IMG/VR virus record: IMGVR_UViG_3300045988_116178
Location: 1 to 41,032 of that record
Reading direction: 5' to 3' (one strand)
Source: a virus
DNA length: 41,032 bases
Shown here: positions 1 to 7,269 of the stretch, in pieces
Numbering within the stretch: the first letter of the stretch is position 1
Layout: each line of letters starts with the position of its first letter
Program-made: the position numbers and the translations under genes
Notes under the pieces: model-generated
Told to the model about the DNA's origin: nothing
Seen by the model: the letters and a program-made list of their open reading frames with translations, nothing else
Databases searched by the model: none

Positions 1-55
1 GCTTTCACACGCATGAAAGAAGGTGTCTACGATATTGAAGGTAACGCGGGGCGCG
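1..55. repeat. Terminal overlap identical to 40978-41032 (circular closure or assembly k-mer overlap)
   Basis: Base-by-base comparison: gctttcacacgcatgaaagaaggtgtctacgatattgaaggtaacgcggggcgcg occurs at both window ends. Confidence 0.95.
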
Positions 56-235
56 GAGGAATATGTTGTTCCAGCTTCCCTAGCCGACATGCTTTACGAG
101 TGGCCCAACCTTGTGAGTGTAATCCGGGACGACTATCGCGACGTTGAGCACGCTTGGTTCTTTCCTTACGGCCTTTACGGGCTGGGAGAAGATTCCGGCA
201 TGTTCATGTACGCCACTAACCGACCAAACCTATAA
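23..235 (+). CDS. C-terminal segment of AWFFPxG-family paralog 4, in the +1 frame relative to ORF 40633-41032 (which continues to 147)
   Basis: Carries the family C-terminal motif (HAWFFPYG). The upstream half of the paralog is in another frame across the circular junction. The GTG at 23 is only a formal start. Confidence 0.55.
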   Translation: MSTILKVTRGAEEYVVPASLADMLYEWPNLVSVIRDDYRDVEHAWFFPYGLYGLGEDSGMFMYATNRPNL

Positions 236-247
236 GGAGACCTAGCT

Positions 248-751
248 ATGGTGAACGAATCGCGCTTCCAAACAGTGATTCAGAGCATCCGGGACGATCC
301 CCAAAAGTTTATCTACGAGCAGTTCGCGCCGGGAGGAGTTTTTGAGAACTGCCCCGTAACGCGCGGCGACCTAGACTGTATCCCCATATTAATGCGATTA
401 CTGGTACATGAGCGCATCTTTCTCACAATTACAGTATGGAAAAGTGATGAATTTGGTTACAGTATGGAAGCGTACCGGGCATACATCAGTTGGGGGAAGC
501 CGGAAACATGGGAATGCAACTTTACCCCACAACCCATTTATACGGATGTGGACGATCAGCCAGAGTTTATGCCAGCATACGCGATGGAAGATGCGGGATG
601 GGCGTGGAGACATTACAAGACTACCATTCCCGCGCGTAACTATCTTCCTGAACATGCGTGGTTCTTCCCGGGTGGGCTTGCGGAAGCGCTTGACGGAACA
701 AGCTGGCTAGACTATGTTAGTAACGTGCCTAGCGAAACAAAGGAGGAATGA
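248..751 (+). CDS. Hypothetical early protein, AWFFPxG-family paralog 1
   Basis: 167-aa ORF with a GGAGA RBS 7 nt upstream of the ATG. Shares N-terminal IRDDPQKFIYEQFAPGG and C-terminal HAWFFPGG motifs with ORFs 1177, 1748 and 40633. Confidence 0.8.
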   Translation: MVNESRFQTVIQSIRDDPQKFIYEQFAPGGVFENCPVTRGDLDCIPILMRLLVHERIFLTITVWKSDEFGYSMEAYRAYISWGKPETWECNFTPQPIYTDVDDQPEFMPAYAMEDAGWAWRHYKTTIPARNYLPEHAWFFPGGLAEALDGTSWLDYVSNVPSETKEE

Positions 752-752
752 A

Positions 753-974
753 GTGGTAGAGAAACTTAAGCGTATCGAAATCGGGATTATCGGATCAAAC
801 AAGGTTGCACGCACCCTGCCGATGTCCGAAGAAGAGGCAGAAGTATGGTATCAGAGTTTTTGGGCAGTGGTGCAGCACAATGATAGTATCCGTCTCCCCG
901 AGATGAGACTTATGGTTCCGACTCACGCGGTTGCATGGATCGAAATCGTAGACTACAATGAGGGTGAAGAATGA
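753..974 (+). CDS. Hypothetical small protein
   Basis: GTG at 753 preceded by a GGAGG RBS (740-744). The longer ORF-track start at 714 lies inside the previous gene. Confidence 0.55.
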   Translation: MVEKLKRIEIGIIGSNKVARTLPMSEEEAEVWYQSFWAVVQHNDSIRLPEMRLMVPTHAVAWIEIVDYNEGEE

Positions 975-1207
975 TACCACGCTACTACGATACCGCGCCT
1001 TATCAAGACGTGGTAGAACACTGCAGGAAATACCTAGATGCAAGACTCAAAGCAGTAGAAGCAAAGCTAAAAACAATACGCGAAGAAAGCGAACAGCCTA
1101 CACGGGTTGTTATTCTTAAAGACTCTGCTATGATTAAAGAGTGGGAAGTAATAGTAGTAAGAAAGGGGAACAGTGTATGGGAATCGCCAATTGGCCGCGC
1201 GAAGTAG
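971..1207 (+). CDS. Hypothetical small protein
   Basis: 78-aa ORF. ATGA start/stop overlap with the upstream gene suggests translational coupling. Confidence 0.6.
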   Translation: MIPRYYDTAPYQDVVEHCRKYLDARLKAVEAKLKTIREESEQPTRVVILKDSAMIKEWEVIVVRKGNSVWESPIGRAK

Positions 1208-1674
1208 CCCAAGAAGTACGCGAAAATCCCGCAGAATTCCTACGCAAAGCCTTCGCCACAGGAGGTTTTCTAGCAGACACGGAATTCAAACTATATGCGG
1301 AAGCCGGGAAACCGTTCGTCATGCGGCTAGAAGAAGCATGGCTCCCCTATTTGCAGATCGACTACTGGCGGCCCATGACAGCGGGCGGCGTCATGCTCAA
1401 CCAGCTAGTAGCATCACCCCACAGGCCCTACGGTGAGACAGAACCAAGGTGGACGCTGAACGCGCACTATCAAACGATCTACCGTGCAGGGCTCCCGTGG
1501 AGCGTGGTCACAGAAGGAGAGGTCAGCGACATGGCCGAGTCTGTTTGGGAAGAAGATGCTGCCAGCATCCTAACGCGGCGTGGGACGCGGAAAGACGCTT
1601 GGCTATTCCCCTACGGGACCAGCAAACTAACAGAGGGCGGGGACGAGACCGTTCTTCACTCGCGCAACTATTAG
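1177..1674 (+). CDS. Hypothetical early protein, AWFFPxG-family paralog 2
   Basis: Internal ATG at 1177 with a GGGGA RBS 8 nt upstream. Motifs VRENPAEFLRKAFATGG and DAWLFPYG. Confidence 0.75.
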   Translation: MGIANWPREVAQEVRENPAEFLRKAFATGGFLADTEFKLYAEAGKPFVMRLEEAWLPYLQIDYWRPMTAGGVMLNQLVASPHRPYGETEPRWTLNAHYQTIYRAGLPWSVVTEGEVSDMAESVWEEDAASILTRRGTRKDAWLFPYGTSKLTEGGDETVLHSRNY

Positions 1675-1688
1675 GAAAACCCGAACAG

Positions 1689-1718
1689 TTGACACTGCTT
1701 GAAGGATTATGATACGAT
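1689..1718 (+). promoter_or_regulatory. Putative sigma-70/sigma-A type promoter (TTGACA-18-TACGAT with TG extension)
   Basis: TTGACA at 1689-1694 and tgaTACGAT at 1710-1718, in the gap upstream of the gene starting at 1748. Confidence 0.45.
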
Positions 1719-1747
1719 AGCGGCAAGCGACAGTAAGGAGAGAAAAG

Positions 1748-2263
1748 ATGTATACTCAGCAAGGACGGGAAGAGTTCGACAGAATCGTAAAAAACCCGCT
1801 AGAGTTCCTTCGGGAAGAACTGGATGAAGGCGGCGCGCTATGCACATCAATCTTCAGCTACAATGACATAGAAGATGCGCCGATACTTCTCAGATTCAGC
1901 GGCGGGTTCGCACCTTGCGTCCATGTAGACATTTTAGGGCGGTACGGCGGTGTTGTTTCGCTTGCTTCCTACCTAACATTCTGGAAACCTTGGCAAACGG
2001 GAGTAACCAAGTGGCGGATTTCACAGTTCAACCTGGGGGAAATCTACGTCCCCCGCGACTACGCTGGAACAGCGGAGGACATCGGCACTCAAGAGATGGA
2101 AGAAAAGTGGGGAAGGGCAGTAATGCAAGCAGAGGCGGAACCGCGTTGCGCATCGGTATGGTACTTTCCGCGCGGGACACGGGCCGCACGAACCTACTCG
2201 GACGCGGCACTATTCCACGCTAACAGCAAAGCGCAAACAGGTGAACACTATGCCGCATGGTAA
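1748..2263 (+). CDS. Hypothetical early protein, AWFFPxG-family paralog 3
   Basis: 171-aa ORF with an AGGAGA RBS. Motifs VKNPLEFLREELDEGG and SVWYFPRG. Confidence 0.8.
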   Translation: MYTQQGREEFDRIVKNPLEFLREELDEGGALCTSIFSYNDIEDAPILLRFSGGFAPCVHVDILGRYGGVVSLASYLTFWKPWQTGVTKWRISQFNLGEIYVPRDYAGTAEDIGTQEMEEKWGRAVMQAEAEPRCASVWYFPRGTRAARTYSDAALFHANSKAQTGEHYAAW

Positions 2264-2325
2264 AGCAAAAGAAAACATTATCAAACAGATTCAAGACGAT
2301 CCAGCGAGACGAGAAAGGAAAAACT

Positions 2326-3084
2326 ATGAAGCTAATCGACCTTAACAGCCGCGTACACGACGCTTGCACCAACGTCATACGCAGGATGGAAACAGCCGAC
2401 CTAGCGCGCCCAGCGGGGCTTACCAGCGCAGCGTCCCTAGCCTACCGGATGCTCTTCAACTGGCTAATGTCAGAACACGGTTACGGGCCAGACGATCCAG
2501 TGGAGTGGGCGACACGCAGCACGCGGGCTGTAATCACCATCCGGGAACTCGCCACGGAATATCGTATGCTCGCTGAGACGAGTGAAGATTACGACACGCG
2601 GAGCGTGTTGCAGGATGTTGCTGTTGCGTTGAATACTCTTGCGCATGAAATTCAACACGCGCGTGTGGAGCCAGAGCCTGAGCCTAAACTGGAGCCGGGA
2701 GTACTCAAATGCGCAACGCACTCTACTATGATCGACTGGGACGACGACATTAAGGATCTGTATGAAGCCTCTGTCAAACACCTTCGAAAGGTCGCTGATA
2801 TCGTAACAGAAAAGCTAGGCGAGAAATATGTAGAGGTGTTCTCTACTCTATTGTGGAAGGCTTGCGCGTGCCAAGAGTTTATTAACACGATCACTAGGGA
2901 TAAAAAACTTCAGCTCATCGAAGCCGCAGTGATCGTCAGAGGGCTGGTAGCGCAAATTAACGACCTGTGGTTTGACACCCACATACCTGAAAAGGAAGAG
3001 ATTCTTGAGGACGCGCGGGACGTGTTGCGCGAGCTTGAGCGCACTATTCTAGCCGCTATGCCAAGCGACGACACGGAACAGTGA
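2326..3084 (+). CDS. Hypothetical acidic protein
   Basis: ATG at 2326 has an AAGGA RBS 8 nt upstream. The alternative ATG at 2257 overlaps the previous stop (ATGGTAA). Start uncertain. Confidence 0.65.
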   Translation: MKLIDLNSRVHDACTNVIRRMETADLARPAGLTSAASLAYRMLFNWLMSEHGYGPDDPVEWATRSTRAVITIRELATEYRMLAETSEDYDTRSVLQDVAVALNTLAHEIQHARVEPEPEPKLEPGVLKCATHSTMIDWDDDIKDLYEASVKHLRKVADIVTEKLGEKYVEVFSTLLWKACACQEFINTITRDKKLQLIEAAVIVRGLVAQINDLWFDTHIPEKEEILEDARDVLRELERTILAAMPSDDTEQ

Positions 3085-3110
3085 CGCATGGCACTATAAT
3101 AGAATATTGT

Positions 3111-3177
3111 GGGGACGCTAGACGCAAACCAACACGCTATGATACAATCATGGCAGCGGGGCACGCCTAGCGTCCCC
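3111..3177 (+). promoter_or_regulatory. Perfect 11-bp inverted repeat enclosing an extended -10 element
   Basis: ggggacgctag (3111-3121) pairs with ctagcgtcccc (3167-3177). TGATACAAT lies at 3140-3148 inside the loop and TATAAT at 3095-3100 just upstream. Confidence 0.35.
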
Positions 3178-3216
3178 GTATGTTTTACGCACCAAACAGG
3201 AAGGACACAGAAAGCC

Positions 3217-4047
3217 ATGACAAAACAAACCAGCACTCCGGGATACTACACGATCCCAGAACTAACAGACAAAGACCTAACCAGCCTCAAGTACCCCGTA
3301 CACGTCGCCAAGGTAACATCCCCTCACATCGTAACGCTTTACGCCGAAGGTAGTCACCTTGCCATGTCAAGCATGGTGCCGGATAGTGTGGACTTCGACC
3401 TGATTAAACAGTTCTGTTTGTTGTCCCGGCAAGAAGAACAACTCCTATACGACTTTTGCAAGAAGCATAATGTTAGCGTGTTGTGTGAAGTACGCGCACC
3501 AGAATATAATCTCATGCGCTGGCAGAAATCTGCTATCAAGCCGCTTCTCGTATGCCACAACTACGACGGCAGGACCGCTGATCCTAGACTAATGGTCACA
3601 CTTCACTCAGCATACTCACTAAGATTCAACAGATGGGCAACCATCAGCAGCGATACCCGTACCGTAACAGAGAACGTTAGCCTTAGTCTTGCTATCGACC
3701 TAGCCAAGCAAGAGACGGACACCCCCGGTATCCTTATCAAAGACAAAACGGGGAAAACGTATCGCGTGGACAGTGAAGAATGGCAGTGTCGCAACAAGCT
3801 CCTATGGGACTTGTCTGAGGACTTGCGGGAAGGCCGCTTACGTAGGCTCACTTACCCGCGCCTAGACGAAAGGGAAGAATACTACCGGGATCGCATGCGG
3901 AAAACGCTAGAGGAACGCCCGCAAGTATGGCAAGACCTGCAAGAAGGTCGCACTCCACTATGGGCAGTATTCCACGCCTTGCGGGAAGGTCACGGTACGT
4001 ATGATACGCATAAGCTGATGGAGAAAATGTACCCCGACCTAGAATAA
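3217..4047 (+). CDS. Hypothetical protein (last gene of the rightward arm)
   Basis: ATG at 3217 with a GGAAGGA RBS about 12 nt upstream. The ORF-track start at 3109 lies in the regulatory gap. Confidence 0.7.
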   Translation: MTKQTSTPGYYTIPELTDKDLTSLKYPVHVAKVTSPHIVTLYAEGSHLAMSSMVPDSVDFDLIKQFCLLSRQEEQLLYDFCKKHNVSVLCEVRAPEYNLMRWQKSAIKPLLVCHNYDGRTADPRLMVTLHSAYSLRFNRWATISSDTRTVTENVSLSLAIDLAKQETDTPGILIKDKTGKTYRVDSEEWQCRNKLLWDLSEDLREGRLRRLTYPRLDEREEYYRDRMRKTLEERPQVWQDLQEGRTPLWAVFHALREGHGTYDTHKLMEKMYPDLE

Positions 4048-4051
4048 CAGA

Positions 4052-4090
4052 GAGCGCTCCCGCCACAACAGGCAGGGGCGCTCTTCTATA
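4052..4090 (+). terminator. Rho-independent terminator of the rightward arm
   Basis: gagcgctcccgcc (4052-4064), loop acaaca, ggcaggggcgctc (4071-4083): 13-position stem with one G-T and one mismatch, followed by ttctata. Confidence 0.6.
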
Positions 4091-4199
4091 CCCGCTTTAA
4101 AACACCTAGAACCCCCATAGAAGCCCCTAACAGGCCACGACAGCACCCAGTACACAGGGAGCATGGTGAAAGGCCGTCAGAACGGCTTACAATAAGCGC

Positions 4200-4247
4200 A
4201 AAAAGAAAAGCGTGAGAGCACAACCACACACAGCCGTACTCTCACGC
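4200..4247 (-). terminator. Rho-independent terminator of the leftward arm
   Basis: Perfect 9-bp stem gcgtgagag (4210-4218) with ctctcacgc (4239-4247). On the minus strand it is followed by TTTTCTTTTT (4200-4209), 18 nt after the stop at 4265. Confidence 0.65.
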
Positions 4248-4264
4248 CGTATTCTCTTACCGCT

Positions 4265-4615
4265 TTAAGCATCCCCGTTCAACACATCACACATCAACTG
4301 AGGAGCCTTCAACAACACCCTGTCAACCACGCTCACATCACACTGGAACCGGGCGGCAAGCTCAGTACGAGTCCAACCACACACATACTTCAACACAAGC
4401 ATCTGCCTCCACACCGGCAACAACGCTCTCAGTCCGGCCTCAACGTCAACAACCACACAACACAGCTTACCCACATGCCCCGGATCACGCCGAGCACGCG
4501 GCATACCCGGCTCCACGCGCGGCACATCCTCCCCGATAGGACCATCAAAACCATGCTGGCAGAAAACAAGTGGCAGCGCGGCACACACCACGCCCGGCGT
4601 ATAATAGTCACCCAT
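4265..4615 (-). CDS. Sigma-70 region-4-like HTH protein (C-terminal half of a bipartite sigma-like pair)
   Basis: LRALLPVWRQMLVLKYVCGWTRTELAARFQCDVSVVDRVLLKA resembles the sigma r4 consensus L..LP...R.v..L.y..G.s..EiA...g.s..tV...l..A. The ATG at 4615 overlaps the upstream stop (ATGGGTGA). Confidence 0.6.
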   Translation of the reverse strand: MGDYYTPGVVCAALPLVFCQHGFDGPIGEDVPRVEPGMPRARRDPGHVGKLCCVVVDVEAGLRALLPVWRQMLVLKYVCGWTRTELAARFQCDVSVVDRVLLKAPQLMCDVLNGDA

Positions 4616-5024
4616 TAAACAAACCATCCTCCCCAACATATAGCCCAGACGGAACCTCACGCTGAGACAACGCCATATCAGGACGCCCCTTCCCCTTAGC
4701 ACGCTTATAGCCAGCCAAGCAAGCCCAGCGGAAATGATTCACCAAACCCGCCACGCCAGCACGCTCCCAACTCTTAACAAGCAGACGCGGATCACGCATA
4801 GTATCAAGCCAAGCCCAACCCAAGAGCTCAAGAAAATCACAACGCAAACGCCTAGACGCAACCCAACAGCCACGACACAAGCCATAACCAACAGCATCCT
4901 CAAACGATGCGAAACCATCACGACGCTTCTCCCCAGCACTATAAGGCATAATACGCAAAGCTTCCTTCACGCGCTGCTCATCCACAGGCCCGAAACCATG
5001 CTCAACCCCAGCAACACTCTTCAT
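4608..5024 (-). CDS. Hypothetical protein, possibly sigma region-2-like (N-terminal half of the pair)
   Basis: 138-aa ORF. FEDAVGYGL ... GWAWLDTMRDPRL weakly resembles the sigma r2 core-binding and -10 recognition segments. Translationally coupled to 4265-4615. Confidence 0.45.
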   Translation of the reverse strand: MKSVAGVEHGFGPVDEQRVKEALRIMPYSAGEKRRDGFASFEDAVGYGLCRGCWVASRRLRCDFLELLGWAWLDTMRDPRLLVKSWERAGVAGLVNHFRWACLAGYKRAKGKGRPDMALSQREVPSGLYVGEDGLFNG

Positions 5025-5029
5025 AATTC

Positions 5030-5773
5030 TTATTCCTTTCCACCGTTAACGAGACCAAGCAGAAACTTCCTGCCCTTCTCAACCAACACGCTATTAACAT
5101 CCATTCCCCGTGGGACCGGAACGCGAACACAATCAATAATATTCTCAGAAACAGACTCGTACAACCCGTCTCCAGCCGTGTCGCCATCACCCCAAACATA
5201 CACGCGGCAACCATCAAACAACGCCGCGTACCGCTGCTTCCAGTTATTCACCCCCGGCACGCCCACAGCGTTAAGGCCACACGCCACGAGACTCATCGTA
5301 TCAATCTCACCCTCACACACATGCATATCACCAAACCCCTGAGTAGCCCTAAGGTTAAACAACGTCGTATGATCCCCACCACGCATAGAATACCGGGGAT
5401 CAGCATCAGGCCGCAAGCTACGAAACCGCATACCAACAACATTCCCAGCACAATTAAAATAGGGGATAGACAGCCAGCCCTCAAATCTCTCGTCGCCGGG
5501 TAGTGGTTCACCAACCAGCCCTATTTCCATGCTGTCCACGACGCTTTCCGGGATACCCCGAGTCCCCAAATATTCTATTGCCGCTGCTTTCCCAGCCGGG
5601 CCGCTGTACGCCTTCATGCGCGCCGCGTTTTCCGTCAACACCGTATCCCCAATTGGACGCAACAAGTCTAGCATTCTTCCAATCACAACCTTCCATAAGC
5701 TCAATAAAACGCCACCCGGCACCCTGCTCCCCACAGCCAAAACACTTCCACACGCCCTTCTCCAAGTCCACAC
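5030..5773 (-). CDS. DNA primase, TOPRIM part (DnaG-type), in the +1 frame relative to the zinc-finger ORF
   Basis: VCEGEIDTMS and VWGDGDTAGD are TOPRIM E and DxD motifs. The first plausible ATG is at 5674. Overlaps ORF 5508-5915 by 266 nt. Confidence 0.75.
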   Translation of the reverse strand: MWTWRRACGSVLAVGSRVPGGVLLSLWKVVIGRMLDLLRPIGDTVLTENAARMKAYSGPAGKAAAIEYLGTRGIPESVVDSMEIGLVGEPLPGDERFEGWLSIPYFNCAGNVVGMRFRSLRPDADPRYSMRGGDHTTLFNLRATQGFGDMHVCEGEIDTMSLVACGLNAVGVPGVNNWKQRYAALFDGCRVYVWGDGDTAGDGLYESVSENIIDCVRVPVPRGMDVNSVLVEKGRKFLLGLVNGGKE

Positions 5774-5915
5774 TCAAAGACGACTGACTGTCAGCATGAA
5801 AAGGGCACGGCATGAGAAAGCGGCGACGCGCAGTGTCAAAACCATAATGCCTGAAACAAAACTCTAACAAGTCCTTATGTTTCACTGTCTTACTGTTTGA
5901 CATTAGCCGCGTCAC
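5508..5915 (-). CDS. DNA primase, CHC2 zinc-finger part
   Basis: CPFHADSQSSLSVDLEKGVWKCFGCG matches the DnaG CHC2 zinc-ribbon pattern. The sequence after about residue 93 looks non-genic. Confidence 0.8.
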   Translation of the reverse strand: MTRLMSNSKTVKHKDLLEFCFRHYGFDTARRRFLMPCPFHADSQSSLSVDLEKGVWKCFGCGEQGAGWRFIELMEGCDWKNARLVASNWGYGVDGKRGAHEGVQRPGWESSGNRIFGDSGYPGKRRGQHGNRAGW

Positions 5916-5980
5916 CGCCCCTCATTTTCTATTACCGCCAAAGTTTTACCGCCACAGGCGGCAATCTCTAGCGTACCATG

Positions 5981-6352
5981 CTACTTCCGGTTAAGCAACT
6001 CAGCGAAATCCTCCAACCGGAAGATCACCCACCCTTCCTCAACTCCCTTACCGCGCGCCTTAACCACCGCAATAGGAAACACGCTATCATTCTCCAAACC
6101 ACGGTTAGCCGCATACAAAGCACACTCTGTACTAGCCTCATTCAAGTAGCGCGGAATCTCAAGACGCTTAGTGTTCTTAGCTTCGATCACGAAACGCACG
6201 CCGTCCCGACTCCGCACAACCATGTCACCTTCATCCAAAGAGCCTAGCTGTCTGAGTGCTTCCACGTCGCAGCCGCGTTCACGTAGGTAGGTCCTTACGT
6301 CTGTTTCCCATGATGTACCTTTGCGTTTGTTAGGATTAGCCACACGCACCAC
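5981..6352 (-). CDS. PD-(D/E)XK nuclease, Holliday-junction-resolvase-like
   Basis: 123 aa. GTSWETDV ... LDEGDMVV ... FVIEAKN resembles the D...ExK core of archaeal-type resolvases. GTG start is ambiguous (6352 or 6343). Confidence 0.65.
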   Translation of the reverse strand: MVRVANPNKRKGTSWETDVRTYLRERGCDVEALRQLGSLDEGDMVVRSRDGVRFVIEAKNTKRLEIPRYLNEASTECALYAANRGLENDSVFPIAVVKARGKGVEEGWVIFRLEDFAELLNRK

Positions 6353-6358
6353 CCCTTC

Positions 6359-6742
6359 TTAGTCTAGTTCTGGGTTGCAGCAGTCGCAACCGGGAGAAAA
6401 CGGCGGGTGATTGTTTGTAATATCCACGGTAGACGTGTCAGCTTCAATCGTGTAGTCCTCAATGAAGTTCAAGAACGCACGATGGTCAGCAACCTCACCT
6501 TCCAAATCGTCAATACGCAACTCCAACTCGCGAATACGTGCTTCCAGTTTACGCTCAGCGCCCCATGACATGCGAAGAAGATTGTTCGCCTCATCAGCAG
6601 CACGCCTAGCGGCCCGAGAACGCCAATCCGACAACCCTAGTTTACATTCAACGCTGCGCCCCCAAAACATAACCGCAAAACATAGGGCGAGAAAACACAC
6701 ACAGAATACGCCGAACGCGACCAGTCCAACAATACCATTCAT
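6359..6742 (-). CDS. Membrane-anchored coiled-coil protein
   Basis: 127 aa with an N-terminal hydrophobic helix (IVGLVAFGVFCVCFLALCFAVMFW), then a charged heptad-like segment. GAGGG RBS. Confidence 0.6.
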   Translation of the reverse strand: MNGIVGLVAFGVFCVCFLALCFAVMFWGRSVECKLGLSDWRSRAARRAADEANNLLRMSWGAERKLEARIRELELRIDDLEGEVADHRAFLNFIEDYTIEADTSTVDITNNHPPFSPGCDCCNPELD

Positions 6743-6766
6743 AAAATAACCCTCTTCCTTCCGCGC

Positions 6767-6901
6767 CTACCGTGAAACATGGTTCTCAATAGCGTCAGCC
6801 ATCGCTCCTAGAAAAATACCTGCAAGCTGGACAAGGCCCCAAGCCGCCAAGCCACCCAGTGTAACGAAGAATCCTGCCACAAAAAACGTTCCAATAGTCA
6901 T
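6767..6901 (-). CDS. 44-aa single-pass membrane peptide (below the ORF-track cutoff)
   Basis: GGAGG RBS 8 nt upstream of the ATG at 6901. Translation MTIGTFFVAGFFVTLGGLAAWGLVQLAGIFLGAMADAIENHVSR. Fills the gap between flanking genes. Confidence 0.45.
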   Translation of the reverse strand: MTIGTFFVAGFFVTLGGLAAWGLVQLAGIFLGAMADAIENHVSR

Positions 6902-6935
6902 AACATTAACCTCCAAAAATATAGAATTTTATTGT

Positions 6936-7079
6936 TTATTTCCGCGAGAACTTCTCGGTCAACCAATCCGACAAGATGCAACCGAGAGTGTCGCACGGCT
7001 CCCTAAAAAGCATCACCGAAAACACTAGGCCGCCAACAATCAGGGCGGCTATGAAGATCGTTAAAAGTGTTTGCAACAT
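6936..7079 (-). CDS. 47-aa membrane peptide
   Basis: The ATG at 7079 is preceded by GGAGGAGGAG (RBS within the end of the upstream gene). Hydrophobic core LLTIFIAALIVGGLVFSVMLF. Confidence 0.55.
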   Translation of the reverse strand: MLQTLLTIFIAALIVGGLVFSVMLFREPCDTLGCILSDWLTEKFSRK

Positions 7080-7080
7080 T

Positions 7081-7269
7081 TTAACGCTCCTCCTCCATAG
7101 TAAAAAGCTTGACAATATCATCAGTCAACTTAGCCAGCTTTTTATCTAGTTCTTCTCGTTCTTTCTGATTGCGCTTAATAGCCCGCATCATTTTCACAGT
7201 GTCAACCACAACAGCAGCAAACAATCCCACTGTCAGTCCGACAGCAATCCACATAAGAAAAGTACCCAA
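7081..7269 (-). CDS. 62-aa membrane protein
   Basis: N-terminal TM helix FLMWIAVGLTVGLFAAVVV followed by a charged tail. Confidence 0.6.
   Translation of the reverse strand: MGTFLMWIAVGLTVGLFAAVVVDTVKMMRAIKRNQKEREELDKKLAKLTDDIVKLFTMEEER

Noticed and set aside
1-55. The 55-bp end repeat as a biological direct terminal repeat
   Set aside because: It lies in the middle of a coding region that reads through the junction. The HNH plus TerS/TerL set suggests cos-type packaging. An overlap of exactly 55 nt is typical of assembler circularisation. This cannot be settled without reads.
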